This document shows, in pieces, positions 10,201 to 19,800 of a DNA stretch of 56,551 bases. The stretch is from Thermotogota bacterium. Its GTDB lineage: Bacteria > Thermotogota > Thermotogae > Petrotogales > Kosmotogaceae. Both the position numbers and the translations under genes were made by a program. The notes beneath the pieces were generated by a model. The model did no database searches. It was not told where the DNA came from and worked only from the letters and a program-made list of their open reading frames with translations. Positions within the stretch are counted from its first letter, which is position 1. The number at the start of each line of letters is the position of its first letter. The DNA is taken from NCBI GenBank assembly GCA_034660555.1, contig JAYEJL010000059.1:1-56551 (forward strand), given 5' to 3'.

Positions 10201-11826
10201 CTTTATTTTGACGTTTATCTTTCAGATAGAGCAGAACCTGTATTCAGCGGATTGGAGACTCCTGTTGCGACTTTAACTGAAAAGATTGATCTTGAAACTA
10301 ACAAGCGATATACATGGTATGTAGTTGCCAGAGATAATTATGGTAATGAGGCAACTTCACCAAAATGGGAATTTACCACAATTAACAATCCGCCAACTGT
10401 TGAATTAATTGAGCCCAGTAACAATGCAACAGAAGTAGATGACCCAGGTATTATCATTAAATGGGAAGGTTATGATGCTGATAACGATACACTCTATTAT
10501 GATCTGTTCATTGGTACTAATGAAGAAGATATGGAACAAAAAACGTCTTCGATCACAGATACAGAATACAGATTTGAGGATTATAAAGGAGCAACCACCT
10601 ATTACTGGTATGTAAAAGTAACAGACGAAAAAGATAGTGCTACTAGTAAGATATGGTCATTTACAACAGGTAATAAACCACCAGAATCACCAGAATTGTT
10701 CTATCCAGAAGCTGGAAGAGAAAAGGTGAATATTAAGCCCACAGTAAAGTGGAGCTGTGAAGATCCAGAAGACGATCCATTGACATTCTCTATATATCTT
10801 GGAGAAAGTTCTGATAACTTGTCATATATTGCCACTACACCGAAGGATACATATGAATATGAATTTGAAGGAATCCTTGGTGGAAACAAGACATACTTTT
10901 GGAAAGTATCAGCAGAAGATCCACAAGGAAGATTAATTGAAAGCAAAACAGCTTCATTTACCACAGTTGTAGTTACAGATAGAGTACCTTATGTTATCGA
11001 CAACGAACTCAAACTTGCTGTTTTTGTTGAAGATGAAAGTGAACCAATAACCGTTAACACCTCATACAACAATCTAAATAATGATGTTGCACCAATTATT
11101 GCAGGTGATTTTGTATATGGATTGACAGAAAATGGAGAGTTGAACACCTACCATATCAAATTAACAGGCATCGAAGTAGAAGAAACTGCAAAATACAAAA
11201 CCAATAGTTCTCCAATAACAATGTTGAAGAATGATGATGAACTATACATTCTTGATTCATATAACCTTTGTGAAATTTACAAGGTTGACCTAAACAATGG
11301 TTTACCGGCAGAAATTGACAGAGTTTATCGTTCCTGGATTGTCCCGGTTGATATGACTATCACAAGAGATCTTAAAACCATAGCCATTGCGGAGGTTCTT
11401 TCAGGTATTAAAGTGCTTACGAGACAGGATGATGGTACATATGAAGAAGTAGTATTTGATGAAGAAATCTTTGATGCAGGAATTGTTAGAACAGTGTCAT
11501 TAAGAAATCGCATGTTGTATTATGGACAATCTGGATCTGGTGGTGGACTATATGCGTTTAATCTGGATAGTCTTGACAAAAAGGCAATTGATGATTACTA
11601 CCTGAGTTCTGAGACAGCAGTAAAAGGTAATGTACTTTATGCACTAACGGATTCAGGACTTTCTGCTATTGACATCAGTGTTCCTTCAGAACCGGCTGTT
11701 GTTAAAGAAGTAGATATTTCAGGTAAGGTAATTCAGGTTGTCGTTGGAGAAAACTACATTATTTTTGTGAAAGAATCAGAAGTACAATACATAGACATAA
11801 GTAATCCATTAAGTCCAAAGGACTAA
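7243..11826 (+). CDS. Large acidic membrane-anchored protein with ~12 fibronectin type III-like repeats and a C-terminal LVIVD/beta-propeller-like region
   Basis: Single N-terminal TM helix; recurring P..P...P / W...D.DGD / Y.W.V.A.D / S..W.FTT units; C-terminal GLSAIDISVPSEP and QYIDISNPLSP. Confidence 0.85.
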   Translation: MHKSSRKTGMNYVLLLMIAAIIVVGIVLTILLWPKPEPEIIISANSPRPNNASQIAYSKNVELYWEVEYDRPNDDLYADIWAGTDEDSLEVVETELLGESSSEAESIFKFSYDLQVEPHDTYYWKVKVYNDAEKADESDVWSFTLKNSQPEKPTLINPQNNETDISMVGFELEWNDAVDPDGDPVTYDVFLGKSRNLGSSDIITENIDNTNLIVTNEILDRVLDPDTTYYWKVRAKDSENLVSESNTQSFITEPYKKLDITLISPEDNATDVVIPVKYEWKLTSGEYYWSVIYEVFVGEEDGTLDRAGSVRVNYPEEDKETVEFIDDTLKGHTNYIWYVKATNVDSGDTSESEKAVFATKNTAPELNISKIAEEDYSIFISWQATDTDGDELLYDIYMKKANEEETSLATNTTETSYTLPEPDSSTEYTFRVVARDNFGSSVSKVASLVTGNTAPVITLKSPDNGNQDSVTRNLRFEWDAYDREGDEIEYTFVLIPPEGEEIAKQLTEKYYEIESLKSLTTYQWYIEAKDAKGAESKSDVWSFTTGNTPPDEPIAVSPEEDATDVTPYRSPVFKWFASDHDNDELSFVLELAEDSEFSSVVATSTDYNFEDPTYVSTLTNVVLDTNREYYWKITANDDQAETAAFWKFKTFDIPPEVPELIEPKNGTEQLKTVNTQFSWEAFDEDDPTLNTWIYLLKEGEDEPDVYELGLRNAGGSEEIATIDDPLDPETEYEWWIVVEDLSGKTAESEKRTFVTGNAAPIITFPSEKLLTMKRYGASTPLEFEWEITDPEGEDVSVEVYFSDQRPPVDVEPVVTDTNLESYTYAGEFEPNKWYYFWIVAEDETGEKAEMDTHLNIIAATDEITYNQPKSEEYYSDKVFDWTVQEPVEEGSYIFRVYDKYGELIEESELEEESSYTIDKRLDGNRHYYWRVIIQEDEEQRFGKAVKFYMTDVKTRLFNPIPADQSENIESDNVVLSWSYEDPDSEELYFDVYLSDRAEPVFSGLETPVATLTEKIDLETNKRYTWYVVARDNYGNEATSPKWEFTTINNPPTVELIEPSNNATEVDDPGIIIKWEGYDADNDTLYYDLFIGTNEEDMEQKTSSITDTEYRFEDYKGATTYYWYVKVTDEKDSATSKIWSFTTGNKPPESPELFYPEAGREKVNIKPTVKWSCEDPEDDPLTFSIYLGESSDNLSYIATTPKDTYEYEFEGILGGNKTYFWKVSAEDPQGRLIESKTASFTTVVVTDRVPYVIDNELKLAVFVEDESEPITVNTSYNNLNNDVAPIIAGDFVYGLTENGELNTYHIKLTGIEVEETAKYKTNSSPITMLKNDDELYILDSYNLCEIYKVDLNNGLPAEIDRVYRSWIVPVDMTITRDLKTIAIAEVLSGIKVLTRQDDGTYEEVVFDEEIFDAGIVRTVSLRNRMLYYGQSGSGGGLYAFNLDSLDKKAIDDYYLSSETAVKGNVLYALTDSGLSAIDISVPSEPAVVKEVDISGKVIQVVVGENYIIFVKESEVQYIDISNPLSPKD

Positions 11827-11842
11827 GAAATTGTTTTATTTG

Positions 11843-11872
11843 AAAAGGCGGGTTAATACCCGCCTTTTTTTT
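11843..11872. terminator. Bidirectional intrinsic terminator
   Basis: AAAAGGCGGGT-TAAT-ACCCGCCTTTT plus T-run between convergent genes. Confidence 0.9.
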
Positions 11873-12410
11873 ACCATTTGTAATTCCATAGATCCCTTCG
11901 GCTGGTTGAAATCGCATTGACATGGTCTTTTAATTCGCTGATTTCTTCTGCTTTATCTACAAGCCCAGCAGCAACTATCTTTATATCCGGAATGAAATAA
12001 CGCAGTTTTGGAGCAACCTTTTTGGAGATTATTCCAGGAAGTACTTCAACTATATCAATTTTGTTACTCTCAATTTGTTCTACACCCCTATCCACTGCTC
12101 TTGAATCAAGAGCGAAAAAACGAAGAATAGATGTTAATCCCACTGAATTAGCAATGTTCCGGACCTTAAGCTTTGCTGTAATAATTCCATTTACACCAAT
12201 ATCTTTCAAAAAATGAATACCAGCTCTATCTGATCTTAAGCCTGATATGAAATCGATATCAACAAGTACCTTTTTATTGTGGTTATGGAAATTTTTGAGT
12301 CTTTCTGGAAGTTCGGTTATGCTACCGTTTAAAAAAAATACTGTTTCTGTGTCAACTTCTTCAGGTTTTACGCTACTTTCCCACAATGCTGCGATTATTC
12401 CCTTTAGCAT
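11871..12410 (-). CDS. glpP: Glycerol-3-phosphate-responsive antiterminator GlpP
   Basis: VLVDIDFISGL, GIIT, RFFALDS, EVLPG, AAGLV, AISTS...LW; divergent from the G3P dehydrogenase operon. ATG 12410 fits SD AGGAG better than GTG 12419. Confidence 0.92.
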   Translation of the reverse strand: MLKGIIAALWESSVKPEEVDTETVFFLNGSITELPERLKNFHNHNKKVLVDIDFISGLRSDRAGIHFLKDIGVNGIITAKLKVRNIANSVGLTSILRFFALDSRAVDRGVEQIESNKIDIVEVLPGIISKKVAPKLRYFIPDIKIVAAGLVDKAEEISELKDHVNAISTSRRDLWNYKW

Positions 12411-12448
12411 TTTTATCACTCCTTGCTATGATTATGAAATTATTGTTA

Positions 12449-12520
12449 TGGTATAATAATAACAGAGTTCGTGGTAGAGATGATGAGAAAACCACGCCCT
12501 TAAAGGGCGTGGTTTTTTTA
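12449..12520 (+). promoter_or_regulatory. Extended -10 promoter plus leader with mutually exclusive antiterminator/terminator hairpins (GlpP-type attenuator)
   Basis: TGgTATAAT at 12449-12457. Terminator AAAACCACGCCCT-TAA-AGGGCGTGGTTTT plus T-run (12488-12519). Upstream CGTGGT (12470-12475) can pair instead with ACCACG (12491-12496). Confidence 0.85.
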
Positions 12521-12533
12521 TAGGAGGTACATT

Positions 12534-13979
12534 ATGAAAGTAGCGGTTATTGGTGGAGGAATTGTTGGTTCTCTGTTAGCTTATGAACTATCCAAATACG
12601 ATTTAGAACTCATTCTTATAGAAAAAAATAATGATTTTGGACAGGAGGTAACAAAGGCTAACTCAGCAATTATTCATGGAGGATATGATGATCCACCGGG
12701 GTCATTGAGAGCAGAATTATGCTCTGATGGCAACAGAAAGTACGATATATTGTCAAAAGAATTGTCTCTACCCGTAAAAAGAATAGGATCACTAGTTGTC
12801 TCTGATGATACATCCGATAGTGAAAAAAGGCTTGAAGAACTATACAGAAGAGGAATTAAAAATGGTGTTGAAGGTTTATCAATTTTAAGTAGTGATAAAC
12901 TACAGTCAATTGAACCTAATCTAGATGAAAAATATTCAAAAGCATTATACTGTAAAAGCGCTGCTATAACAGAACCCTGGATGGTTGCGGTTTTGGCCGC
13001 TAAAGGGGCTGAAAAAAATGGAGCAAGGTTAATTACCGGAGATGAAGTAGTTGATTCAATCTCAAAGGGCAGAAATATCAAAAAAGTTGTACTTTCTTCC
13101 GGGGAAGAAATTGAAGTTAATCTTGTCTTAAACGCAGCAGGAGTATATTTTAACAAAGTTGCAAGAATTTTTGGTGTACGGACTCCTGAGATTATACTTG
13201 TTAAAGGACAGTATTTACTTCTTGATCATCTTGCTTCCGAATTGGTTAGCACCATTATTTTTCCTCTGCCCAGTAAAAAAGGTAAAGGAAAACTCATTGT
13301 TCCAACAATTGATGGAGGAATTCTGCTTGGGCCAACTTCTGAAGCAATAGACGGGTTCAATCCTGAAGAGTTAAGTACAACTTCGAAAGGGATAAAAGAA
13401 GTTGCAGATGCCGGTGAAGAGTTCATTCATGGAATAGCAAGACCAAAATGGTTTATAAAAACTTTCGCGGGGTTAAGACCCGAAACTCCAAACAAAGATT
13501 TTTACATAAAGTTATCTTCTGAAAAAACTAATTTTATAACCGTTGGTGGAATGAGATCACCTGGTTTAACTGCGGCGCCTGCAGTAGCGGATTATGTAAT
13601 AGAGTACCTTATTCAAGAAAAAATGGGAATAACCCTTGTTAAAAATGACAGAGTAAGGTCTATATCTCCCGGTTTGAGGATAAAGGAGCTTTCTTTTGAA
13701 GATGCTTCAAAAAAAATAGAAGAAAACAGTTCATATGGAAGAATAATATGTCAATGTAATCAGGTATCAGAAAAGGAGATTCGTGATGCTATTAGAGATG
13801 GGGCAAGAACCCTTGATGATGTGAAATTTAGGACTAGAGCAACATTTGGAAGATGTCAGGGAGGTTTTTGTACCTGGAAAATAATGAAAATTATATCAGA
13901 AGAACTTAACATTCCACTTGAAGAGGTAAAGAAAAATGATAAGGGAAGCGAGTTACTGGACGGGAAGGTGAGAAAATGA
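12534..13979 (+). CDS. FAD-dependent glycerol-3-phosphate dehydrogenase-like subunit with C-terminal BFD-like [2Fe-2S] domain
   Basis: GGGIVG, TKANSAIIHGG, FAGLRP, SPGLTAAPA, CQCN...GRCQGGFC; glpP context. Confidence 0.85.
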   Translation: MKVAVIGGGIVGSLLAYELSKYDLELILIEKNNDFGQEVTKANSAIIHGGYDDPPGSLRAELCSDGNRKYDILSKELSLPVKRIGSLVVSDDTSDSEKRLEELYRRGIKNGVEGLSILSSDKLQSIEPNLDEKYSKALYCKSAAITEPWMVAVLAAKGAEKNGARLITGDEVVDSISKGRNIKKVVLSSGEEIEVNLVLNAAGVYFNKVARIFGVRTPEIILVKGQYLLLDHLASELVSTIIFPLPSKKGKGKLIVPTIDGGILLGPTSEAIDGFNPEELSTTSKGIKEVADAGEEFIHGIARPKWFIKTFAGLRPETPNKDFYIKLSSEKTNFITVGGMRSPGLTAAPAVADYVIEYLIQEKMGITLVKNDRVRSISPGLRIKELSFEDASKKIEENSSYGRIICQCNQVSEKEIRDAIRDGARTLDDVKFRTRATFGRCQGGFCTWKIMKIISEELNIPLEEVKKNDKGSELLDGKVRK

Positions 13980-15217
13980 AAAGCCATGAAACCGATATCC
14001 TCGTAATTGGTGGTGGGGCTGCAGGTATGGCAGCATCATTGAGTGCTTCAAAACAAAATAAGCACGTGACATTATTGGAAAGAGAAAATGATACTGGAGG
14101 AGTTTTGAATCAGTGTGTTCATAATGGTTTTGGAGTGCAATTTTATCAAGAAGAACTCACTGGTCCCGAGTTTTCAACACGTCTTCATGGAGAAATGAGT
14201 GAGCAAAATGTAGAAGTTATTTGTGAATCATATGTGAGGAATCTTGATGTACACGAGAAGATTGCAGAGATATTCTCACCTCAAGGTGCTTATACTATAA
14301 AAGCCAAATCAGTAGTTTTAGCAACTGGCGCCAGAGAAAGACCTTTCGGTGCTCTGTTGATACCAGGAGAAAGACCTTCAGGAATTTTTCCAGCCGGATT
14401 AGCACAACGTTTTGTGAATCTTGAGAATCATTTACCGGGGAAGAAAGCTATTATTTTAGGCTCAGGAGATATCGGATTAATAATGGCAAGAAGGCTTCAT
14501 CTGGAAGGAATGAAGGTTATTGGGGTTGTAGAACGTCTTCCTTATGCAGGTGGGTTAACAAGAAATGTTGTTCAATGTCTGGATGATTTTGAAATTCCCC
14601 TTTATTTGTCTCATACAATAATCGAAGTGAGAGGCTCTCCGCGTCTAGAAGCTGTGAAAATGGTTAAGGTTGATGATTCACTTAACCCGATTGATGGAAC
14701 TGAAAAATGGATTGAAGTGGACACACTCATTTTATCTGCAGGGCTTATACCCCATGTGGAAGATTTTGCTGATGAAGGAGCACTGGATCATGTGAATAAG
14801 GGATTTATCGTGTCAAATACTGGTGAAACAGTTTACTCCGGTATATTTGCAGCAGGAAATAATGTTGCGATTTATGATCTTGTTGATTATGTAGCAGCTG
14901 AGGGTTGGATAGCAGGGAAAAATGCTGCTCTATATGCTGAAGGCAATTTGGACAAGACCAGGCATCTAGAGATAAGAAGAGGGAAAAACGTGAATGTTCT
15001 TGTTCCCAATAAGGTTACAACAGAAGAACACTTGAGAATTTATTTGAGATTAAAAGAACCAATAGATGAGGGAAAGATAATTATTAATGAACTGGGCATA
15101 GAGAAGGAATTTAAGTATGGTGTTCCCAGCGAAATGCTTCAGTTGACAGTTAACAAGAAGAAATTGAGTGAATTATTACATGATAAAGATAATGTAACAG
15201 TGGAAGTGATTTCATGA
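13976..15217 (+). CDS. FAD/NAD(P)-dependent oxidoreductase, partner of the G3P dehydrogenase
   Basis: GGGAAG, GGVLNQCVHNGFG, ATGARER, GSGDIGLIMARR; 4-nt overlap with the upstream gene. Confidence 0.88.
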   Translation: MKSHETDILVIGGGAAGMAASLSASKQNKHVTLLERENDTGGVLNQCVHNGFGVQFYQEELTGPEFSTRLHGEMSEQNVEVICESYVRNLDVHEKIAEIFSPQGAYTIKAKSVVLATGARERPFGALLIPGERPSGIFPAGLAQRFVNLENHLPGKKAIILGSGDIGLIMARRLHLEGMKVIGVVERLPYAGGLTRNVVQCLDDFEIPLYLSHTIIEVRGSPRLEAVKMVKVDDSLNPIDGTEKWIEVDTLILSAGLIPHVEDFADEGALDHVNKGFIVSNTGETVYSGIFAAGNNVAIYDLVDYVAAEGWIAGKNAALYAEGNLDKTRHLEIRRGKNVNVLVPNKVTTEEHLRIYLRLKEPIDEGKIIINELGIEKEFKYGVPSEMLQLTVNKKKLSELLHDKDNVTVEVIS

Positions 15218-15582
15218 AGGGTCATATAACATGTACAGTTTGTCCCGTTGGATGTAAGATTTTTATAAGTGATGAAAGTGGAGAAATTGTTATTGAAGGA
15301 AATCGTTGTGAAAGAGGATATGAATATGCAATGAATGAAGTTGTGCGTCCTAAAAGGACATTGCCAACTAGCGTTAAAGTCATTGGTGGCAGCCTGCCCC
15401 TTGTTTCAGTGAAAAGCTCGAAACCCATAGACAGAAAAAGAATTATTGATATCATGAAGAAAATTAAGAGTATCACAGTTAAAGCTCCTGTCAGAATAGG
15501 TGATGTAGTCGCAGAAGATATTGATGGTGAAGGAACATCACTTATAGCTACTAGAAACGTTAAAGAGGTGCATGAAAAATAA
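15214..15582 (+). CDS. DUF1667-type small Cys-rich protein, third component of the G3P dehydrogenase cluster
   Basis: CTVCPVGC...GNRCERG; ATGA overlap with the upstream gene. Confidence 0.85.
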   Translation: MKGHITCTVCPVGCKIFISDESGEIVIEGNRCERGYEYAMNEVVRPKRTLPTSVKVIGGSLPLVSVKSSKPIDRKRIIDIMKKIKSITVKAPVRIGDVVAEDIDGEGTSLIATRNVKEVHEK

Positions 15583-15631
15583 TTTATCCCCCTTGAAAGT
15601 TGGGAAAAACCAATGTAAAATATGATTGCTT

Positions 15632-15706
15632 TCCAGCGTGGCTCAATGGCAGAGCATCCGGCTGTTAACCGGGCGGTTGGGGGTTCGAGTCCCTCCGCTG
15701 GAGCCA
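15632..15706 (+). tRNA. tRNA-Asn (GTT)
   Basis: Acceptor TCCAGCG/CGCTGGA plus G-CCA; D-arm GCTC/GAGC; anticodon arm TCCGG-CT GTT AA-CCGGG; T-loop TTCGAGT. Confidence 0.97.
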
Positions 15707-15737
15707 AAAAAGCCCCTGATGGGGCTTTTTCTTTTTT
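15707..15737 (+). terminator. Intrinsic terminator after the tRNA
   Basis: AAAAAGCCCC-TGAT-GGGGCTTTTT followed by T-rich tail. Confidence 0.9.
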
Positions 15738-15765
15738 ATGGCAGATTTTGAGTTATAATTTAGTC

Positions 15766-16812
15766 ATGAATATCATACCAATATTTTTACCATATGCAGG
15801 CTGCAAAACAAGATGTGTATTCTGCAATGAAACAGAAGCTACAGGTCAAATAAAACCTTACAACAGCGAAGAAATAAAAGAAGTAGTCCTCAAATACAGA
15901 GGGTATTTTAATGATAAAAAAAATGTAGAACTTGCTTTCTATGGAGGTTCTTTCTTAAACCTTCCAGAAGAGTCATTAACTGAATACCGCAGGACCATTC
16001 AATATCTTTTAAACAAAGACCTCATTAGTAGTATAAGGTTTTCAACTACTCCAGAGAGTATTTCAAGGGGAAAAATTGAATTGATAAATGAAATACCGAT
16101 ATCATTGATCGAATTGGGAGTTCAATCCTTATGTGAAGATGTGCTGGAAAAATCAAATAGACCTCACAATGTGCATGATGTTTATGAAGCAGTTAAAATA
16201 CTCAGAGAAAACCAAATAGACTATGGAATACATTTAATGTCAGGATTACCAGGAGATACACAAGAGAAATCAATACACTCAGCCATGAAAACTGCAGAAT
16301 TAAGACCAAAATCTTGTAGGATACACCCCACTCTTGTACTCAAGAATACGGTTTTAGAGAATTTGTATGAAGACGGTAGCTATTTTCCTCAGACTATGGA
16401 AGAAGCGATTGAAGCAGTAATGTATATGTATGTAATCCTTGTTGCTCATAGTATTAAAGTAAATCGAATGGGTTTATGTCTTTACGGCAATCAAATTAAA
16501 AATGTCGTAGCAGGACCATTTCATGAATCTTTTGGTGAGCTGGTCAAGTCAAGACTTTCTATTGAGATTATCCGATTGATTGTAAATCAGTTGGATACAA
16601 GAGAATTAGTTCTAAATGTTGATGAGAAAGAAAAACAATTCTTTATTGGCTATAAAAAATGGGTGAAAAAGTGGCTAAATAATGAAGGAATTACATTGAA
16701 CTATTCTTTAAATGGCTACAGTATTGATATAATGGAAACAATCAGAACACTTTTCGATAAAATAAAGCGGGGAAAACGTTTTGGTTTTCCGGGGGTGAAT
16801 TATGAAGCTTGA
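15766..16812 (+). CDS. Radical SAM protein (Elp3/YhcC-like, smc-associated)
   Basis: IPIFLPYAGCKTRCVFCN (CxxxCxxC), AFYGGSF, IELGVQS, HLMSGLPG. Start moved to ATG 15766 because the track's longer ORF runs through the tRNA. Confidence 0.88.
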   Translation: MNIIPIFLPYAGCKTRCVFCNETEATGQIKPYNSEEIKEVVLKYRGYFNDKKNVELAFYGGSFLNLPEESLTEYRRTIQYLLNKDLISSIRFSTTPESISRGKIELINEIPISLIELGVQSLCEDVLEKSNRPHNVHDVYEAVKILRENQIDYGIHLMSGLPGDTQEKSIHSAMKTAELRPKSCRIHPTLVLKNTVLENLYEDGSYFPQTMEEAIEAVMYMYVILVAHSIKVNRMGLCLYGNQIKNVVAGPFHESFGELVKSRLSIEIIRLIVNQLDTRELVLNVDEKEKQFFIGYKKWVKKWLNNEGITLNYSLNGYSIDIMETIRTLFDKIKRGKRFGFPGVNYEA

Positions 16813-19800
16813 TTCAGTTTTCATAAGAGGGTTTAAAAGTTTTGCATATCCAACGAAAATTGATGTAAGTTCTGGTATTACTGCAGTTGTTGGTCCAAAC
16901 GGTAGTGGCAAATCTAATGTAGTTGATTCAATACGATGGTTATTTGGTGAACAATCAATGAAAACCCTTCGTGCAGATAGTAGAGAAGATGTTCTTTTTG
17001 TTGGTTCGGATAATCATCCTCCTTCAAATACAGTAGAGGTTAAACTTTTTTTTCAGGATGAGAATGGGAAATTCTCGGTTTCGAGAGTTCTGACCCGGGA
17101 AGGTAATTCAGAATACAGAATGAACTCAAAAAGCGTTCGACTTAAAGATATTAAAGAATTATTCAAAGGCACAGGAGTCGGTATGGATCTTTATTCTATT
17201 GTAGGTCAGGGACAAGTAGACCAGGTTGTAAGCGCTTCACCCTACGAGCTGCGAAAGCTTATAGAGGAAGCAGCAGGAACTGCGGTTTATAGAGAGAGAA
17301 AACGAGAAGCCATGTCAAAACTGGCAGCAACACAGGCGAATCTTGATCGTGTTAGAGATATCTTATTTGAACTCGAAAAGCAAAGAAAGTCATTATATCT
17401 TAAGGCGAAAAGAGCTGAAAAATATCTGGAATATACCGATACAAGAAAAGACCTCAAGCGTCTTTATTTTGGTAATATGCGAAGAATAAAGCTCGATACA
17501 CTAAACAAATACAATGAAGATAAAAATACCATGAACCAGGAATTGCAAAAAATACAGAAAGAACTCATAGAAAAAGAATCCCGATGGAGTACCCTTCATC
17601 AGGAATTTTCCAAAATGGACAAGGAAATTGAAAACTTCACACAGTTACTTGAGGAATATAAGCAAAGGCAGAGTGACTTACTGGATTTCAAGGAAATGTA
17701 TAATAGAAGACTGGGAGAAAAAGAATCCAAACTCGTGGAATCAACTACAAAATCAGATTCCCTTAAGGAAGAAATTGAGAATCTGGAAAAGAGAAAAGAA
17801 GAAGTTGCAATGATCAAGGACAATATGGATGAAAAAATAAGCAATAAGAAAAACGAGCTACAAGAGCTGGAGAAAAAAAGAGAAGAAATTGTTAAAGAAC
17901 ATAGTGAAAAGGAGAAAAACTGGTTAAAACAACAGGAAGCATTAGAGTCAATAAACAAAAGGATTTCCAAGGCAACAAATGAAATTGAAAGGCTCACAAA
18001 CAATCAAGAAGATATATCAAAACGACTTGAAATGATTAGAACTCAATTGAACTCTAAAACAGATCGTTTTAATGAACTGAAGGAAGAAATTGAGAAACTT
18101 GCCTCAAAGGGGAAAAAGAGTTCTGAAAAGCAGGAAGAAACAGAAAAAAATATAAGTTCCGTAAAAGAGAAGATTGATGCGCTGGAAAAACAATACGAAA
18201 AACTTGATGAAGAAAGACAGAAGATGAAAGATGAAATGAGAAGCAGTGAAATGGAAATGAGCACACTTTCCAGACAACTTGATGAATATCAGGGATTTTC
18301 TAGATCAGTAAGAGAGATCTTCGAGCGTAAAGATAAATTTAACGGGTTAATGGATGTTGTAGCAAATATAATAGATGTCCCTCCTGAATATGAGACAGCA
18401 ATAAGCGTTCTACTGGGTGGCAGGATGCAGGATGTAGTTGTTAAGGATTCCTTCACAGCCAAACGAATAATTGAGTATCTCAAAGGTAGCAAAACTGGTA
18501 GAATTACACTTTTGCCCCTTGACATGCTTGAAGGAAAGTTTAGCAAATATGAACCAGCTGAAAAGCACAAAGGATTTATTGGTTATGCTGCAAAGCTCGT
18601 TACCGTATCTGATGAGCTAGATGTAGTTCCCAGATATTTGTTCAGGAACTCCATTATAGTGAATGAGCTTGATGATGCAATCGATATACGAAAAAATGCG
18701 AATTTCTACGGCAGATTGGTTTCTCTGGATGGTCAACTTCTTTCAACAGGAGGAGCGATTACCGGTGGGTACATTTCTGATGATGTGCGGTCTGATTTGA
18801 TCTCAAGGAAAAGACGCATTAAGTATTTAAAAGAAAGAAAAAAGCAACTTGAGTCATCGTTAAAGGCTAAAGAAAAAGAGATACAGAGAAATAAGGATGA
18901 TATGAAAGAACTGAAGGGGTACCTAAAGGTTCTGCAGGAAGAATTGAACGAAATAGTTTCTAGCGGCGCAGCAATCAACAGAATGATACATGAATTAATA
19001 AAAAGTGCAGATGAAGTTGAAGATGAAGTAACCGAGCTAGATCAGTTGGAGAAAGATTATTCGGACAAACTGAATAATTCTGAAGAGAGAAAGAAAGAGC
19101 TTTCAGAAGAGTTAGAACAGTTAAAAAAGGAACAGCAAGAGATCAAAGGAGATCTTGAAGGTGTTTCAGAGGAGTTGAAGAATAAGAAAAATAAAATGGA
19201 AGAAATGCAGAGTGAGCTTGTTGATAGGAAGCTTGAACTTTCAACGCTTCAGGAGAAAACGGAACAGTATAATAGAGAACTTGAGGATATTGAAGGAAAG
19301 AAAGACCAGAACAATCAAAAGATTCTGGAAATGGAAAAACAAACTGAAGAAACTGAAGAGGATATTAAAAGACTAAAAAAACAGATTTCAGACATAGAAA
19401 ATGAGCTTTCGTCACTAAAAAAAGAAACAGAATCACTTTTTTCCAACATTAAATATCACAGAGAAGGTAAAGAAGAACATCTTGACAGACTACAACAACT
19501 TGAAGATGAAATTAATAATTTAAAAGATCAAAGAGAGGAGAAGAGAAACAAAATTCACCAGCTTGAGATGTTAATTCAGGAAGCTAACATGAAACTTGAT
19601 AATGTAAATAAAGAACTAGAAGAACTCGATGATGTTGAAGAAGTACCAGCATTAAGTGAAGACGAACTGAAGGAAAAGAAAAATGAACTGGATGATGTTG
19701 AGAAAAAACTCAAATTTCTCGGAACGGTTGATCTTGATACAATAGATGAATACAAAGTAGTCGACAATGATTATCAGGAACTTGATAAAGAACGTAAGGA

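Noticed and set aside
15632..15740. tRNA-Asn as the integration site of a genomic island
   Set aside because: A terminator and housekeeping genes follow directly; no integrase or duplicated tRNA 3' end seen
15222..15765. 161-aa minus ORF and the N-terminal extension of the radical SAM ORF from 15622
   Set aside because: Both run through tRNA-Asn and its terminator; artefacts
17599..19767. Many Ser/Phe/Leu-rich antisense ORFs opposite smc (and similar ones opposite ppdK, valS, nuoF)
   Set aside because: Expected shadows of Glu/Lys-rich coding strands; no independent evidence
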